DNA of 64,000 bases from Trichosphaerium sp. ATCC 40318 (lineage: Eukaryota > Protista > Tubulinea), in contig JALMLS010000438.1 of assembly GCA_038496445.1 (NCBI GenBank), positions 165,580 to 229,579 on the forward strand, given 5' to 3'. The first letter of the stretch is position 1. The number at the start of each line of letters is the position of its first letter. Of the stretch, positions 62,215 through 64,000 are shown piece by piece. A program made the translations under genes and the position numbers. The notes under the pieces are model-generated. The model made no database searches, was not told where the DNA came from, and saw only the letters and a list, made by a program, of their open reading frames with translations.

Positions 62215-64000
62215 GTTGTTTGATTTTTAGATTTGTGTTATTTTTTAGTTCGAAAATTCACTGTAAATTCAAGCTTTCGCCTAATCTACGTTGTCAAGTC
62301 ACGTGACTACAAGTTTGCGTCAAATTTTTGCAGTTTGAGGCGTAGGCGCTATTATTGCTATTAAATACTCCGAAGCAAGTAATATCATAAGCTTTGAACT
62401 CCCTGTTACTAAAACTGCTTTACAATATCACGTGATTCGACACAAAAATGGCATTTCGTTCACACAAGATTTGGTAACGTGAAATAGTAAAAATATGCGA
62501 AAGAAATGCGTGAAAGGCAGAAGGAAATCAATATCGAAAACAAACGGCAGGTGGCGCAGTACAAAGCGTGTATTACTGCTACGCCAAGTATTTTCCGCGT
62601 TTGAAGACTTTGGATGGAGTGAAGCCACAGCTTTGTTGCCTCGAAGCAAAGATCTACAAGAAGACGGAATGCGAGTTGTTTCAAAACCACAATCATAAAC
62701 GCTCAATGGCAATGACTTGATATGTCTTTCTTTAGGGAATTAAATTGTCCACAAACGAGCAGTTTTACATCGAAACTTCGGTACAAATGTTAACTTCTCC
62801 TTCAACGTATATCTCTTATGTAGTGAGGAACATAAAGTATATGTACTTGCCAATCCTCCAAGTTTTTGTTTACCTGCTGATCATATGCAGATTGCACCAA
62901 GTCCCGAATATTTCTCTCATGAGCTATGCTTGCAATAGGCTCTCAAATCGCCAATCAGATAGTAAACAGCTTTGGGGTTTCCCTTAACACTGAAGAAATA
63001 GCATATGGCTCGCAATGAGACACTTGGTACCAATGTTGGTACAACAAATATAGTATTGCTTTAGTGCACGTTGTAAGCCTGCTCAGGTCAATAATGGATT
63101 CTGTCGTGGCTACTGTAATGTCAGCAATTGTTCTAGCAAACGATAAAAGGTATCATTTGCAAGACAGCCATTAAGGTATAAACACTGAGCACTTAAAGTA
63201 GAACAAGGTGTCTTGTAACTACATGATTTTTCCCAAATACAACAAATATTGGAGCACTAGAATACGGAAGTACTTGCTGAGTGAGCGCCAGTCAAACAAA
63301 TCAAGAATTTGAAATCTGAGCAAAGTTTCATATAGATATCAACGACAATAACATCTTATCTTGGCTGGGAAACTTGCTTGTAATGGAGGTAAGTTCTTTA
63401 TGTTTGCACTATACGTACATCAACAACATTAGTTGTTATCATGTGTAAACAAAGCGTACAATAAGTGAGGCTAACTGATTTTTTACTTTGTTAAGGATGT
63501 ACATGTTTCATGCCAATGTCAAGTTGATAATACGACATTTATTTTTAGTAGGACTAACACTCGTAAGAATTTCATGTGCAACACCTGCTAACGTCACTTA
63601 CTTTCCATTGCGTTCTGTTGTCAAAAGTAGTTGCCTACAACTTTGAACTCCAGTGGACTTAGTGGGTGTAGGAGCTTGTTTGACGAGTAGACACTAAAAC
63701 GGGAAGTGGTTTCTTCTTTTTTTTTTTTTCAATAAGAGGCAGCGCTAGCGCCTACTTTATTACATATGTATAGGGGTTTAGATGCAAGACTACTTACAGA
63801 AGTAACATGCGTGTACAGAAAGTTACAGGAGGACGTCATGTCATGTGAAAGGAACAATCGTACATATGAAAATAAAACTAAATAAAAATTTCTTTTCTTT
63901 TTTTTGACCAACCTTATAGTATGGCGTATGCATTTGCTCTATTGATGGTCAGCAATTTGATTATGGTGATGAGGTTAACGTTTTCATGGACATTTGTTGC

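Larger units (their letters stand above)
946..62433. promoter_or_regulatory. Dispersed CACGTG (E-box/G-box) palindromes, mostly intronic or intergenic
   Basis: More than 50 occurrences counted by eye, e.g. 946, 1231, 1562, 1608, 3041, 3671, 5844, 8305, 9019, 10775, 16429, 17102, 26445, 29933, 29952, 48174, 51127. Confidence 0.75.

Overview
AT-rich, gene-dense eukaryotic nuclear DNA with many short spliceosomal introns and the standard genetic code. The gene content (Zn2Cys6 and Myb transcription factors, F-box/LRR and KCTD-BTB expansions, GH116, cellular RdRP) fits a free-living protist, probably an amoebozoan; this is inference. Recognisable genes: AlkB-like dioxygenase (partial), RNAi-type RNA-dependent RNA polymerase (DLDGD), an alpha/beta hydrolase resembling the MARTX-toxin ABH effector fused to a receiver-like domain, a divergent N-myristoylated Rab, F-box/LRR genes and pseudogenes, two BTB proteins, a GPI-anchored beta-propeller, an EGF-7TM protein, GH116 with PAN domains, EF-hand, F-box/MORN, OTUD6/Otu2, TACO1, Myb, Zn2Cys6 and SURF2. 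There are also three copies of a Cys-rich secreted protein gene, two of them in a ~2.4 kb inverted duplication bordered by transposon-like ends. Window-wide signals: more than 50 CACGTG palindromes concentrated in introns and promoters, CpG-rich 5' ends versus CpG-poor internal exons, and frequent AAG acceptors and GC donors. Exon boundaries and all counts were read by eye and are approximate.
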